Source: a virus (lineage: Duplodnaviria; Caudoviricetes). Taken from it: a stretch of DNA of 54,293 nucleotides. The DNA is taken from IMG/VR virus record IMGVR_UViG_3300009164_000100, positions 1 through 54,293 of that record. One strand, given 5' to 3'. A program made the translations under genes and the position numbers. Below the pieces are notes generated by a model. It was not told the DNA's origin. It ran no database searches and saw nothing but the letters and a program-made list of their open reading frames with translations. Shown here piece by piece: positions 53,796 to 54,293 of the stretch (position 1 is its first letter; every line of letters starts with the position of its first letter).

Positions 53796-54261
53796 TATTC
53801 TTGGCGGCTACCTGCCGCTTACCAACTTGGACGGATCCGAAGATCTCGTTCCGCATAGCCCAAAACAACCCAAAGGTTGGTGCGCCATTCAGCCGTCCAC
53901 GGCTTCTCTTTACCAACTTATCCCAATCTTGGCAATAGGACTTTACAGCCTTCTCAACCAAGTCGGCTCCGTAGTCCTCAAGCAGACGCTTCGCTAACGC
54001 CTTCTCCTTCACCGTCCACCTAGAAACGACAAAGGCAGGTCCATACAGTTCTTGCAGCCCGGCCTTGAACCATGCTTCGACCTGCGTGGCCGTTACAGGC
54101 TTGGCCTTTGGTGCAGACGGCTCAAGAACCAACGGCTGCGCAACTGATTGCGTAGCCTTTCGCTCCTCGCGCTTGACCTCGACTTCGGCCCTAACCTGCC
54201 GGGTTGCTTCCGCTTGGGCCGCGACCTTCTGCATCAATGCCGCCAACTTGACTCTGCTCAT
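53749..54261 (-). CDS. Hypothetical protein, possibly replication-initiator associated
   Basis: Directly upstream of dnaC; helical KALAKRLLEDYGADLVEKAV segment. Confidence 0.6.
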   Translation of the reverse strand: MSRVKLAALMQKVAAQAEATRQVRAEVEVKREERKATQSVAQPLVLEPSAPKAKPVTATQVEAWFKAGLQELYGPAFVVSRWTVKEKALAKRLLEDYGADLVEKAVKSYCQDWDKLVKRSRGRLNGAPTFGLFWAMRNEIFGSVQVGKRQVAAKNSDEYTDDDGSPDAGW

Positions 54262-54293
54262 GCGTTCGCTCCACCGTGAAGCCATCGTGCCAA

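Larger units (their letters stand above)
4784..54151. repeat. Dispersed 16-bp palindrome RYGCAAYYRRTTGCRY (>=18 copies)
   Basis: 12-bp cores start at 4784, 5608, 7733, 8836, 9913, 11140, 12057, 14845, 16954, 24598, 31480, 36610, 38750, 42209, 47202, 49187, 50918, 54140; variants at 7126, 18996, 26207, 30768, 33879. Confidence 0.92.

Noticed and set aside
1-54293. Alternative genetic code (stop-codon reassignment)
   Set aside because: Conserved genes are full length in the standard bacterial code, and TAG, TGA and TAA all end genes at expected positions.
1-54293. Integrase, reverse transcriptase/DGR, transposase, DNA polymerase, endolysin
   Set aside because: No supporting motifs recognised in this window; they may lie outside it.

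Overview
This window is a 54-kb segment of a large contractile-tailed (myovirus-like) dsDNA phage genome, almost entirely coded on the minus strand. In transcription order (right to left) it holds: a replication/recombination module (putative initiator-associated protein, DnaC-like loader, DnaB, primase, SSB, SF2 helicase, candidate origin, RecA, Hjc-like, Cas4-like and RuvC nucleases); a ParB-like gene; a T4-like packaging/head module (terminase, gp20 portal, core proteins, gp21 protease-scaffold fusion, gp23 capsid, gp13/gp14-like neck); a tail module (terminator, sheath, two gp19-like tubes); a ~15-kb accessory region (PAP2 phosphatase, pentapeptide-repeat protein, two DNA methyltransferases, kinase-like protein, ThyX, tRNA-Leu(CAA), many small promoter-bearing genes); then the tail chaperone and a tape measure gene cut by the left edge. 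Signals the ORF track does not explain: (1) a 16-bp palindrome RYGCAAYYRRTTGCRY found at least 18 times across genes and promoters, with a perfect copy next to the parB ribosome-binding site; (2) two candidate programmed -1 frameshifts (tail chaperone; prohead core gene); (3) an ORF nested out of frame in the C5 methyltransferase; (4) apparent near-absence of CCAG/CTGG, AGCT, TTAA and TATA; (5) a family of sigma70-like promoters, mostly with 16-bp spacers. All assignments come from motif recognition by eye. No database searches or computed counts were run.
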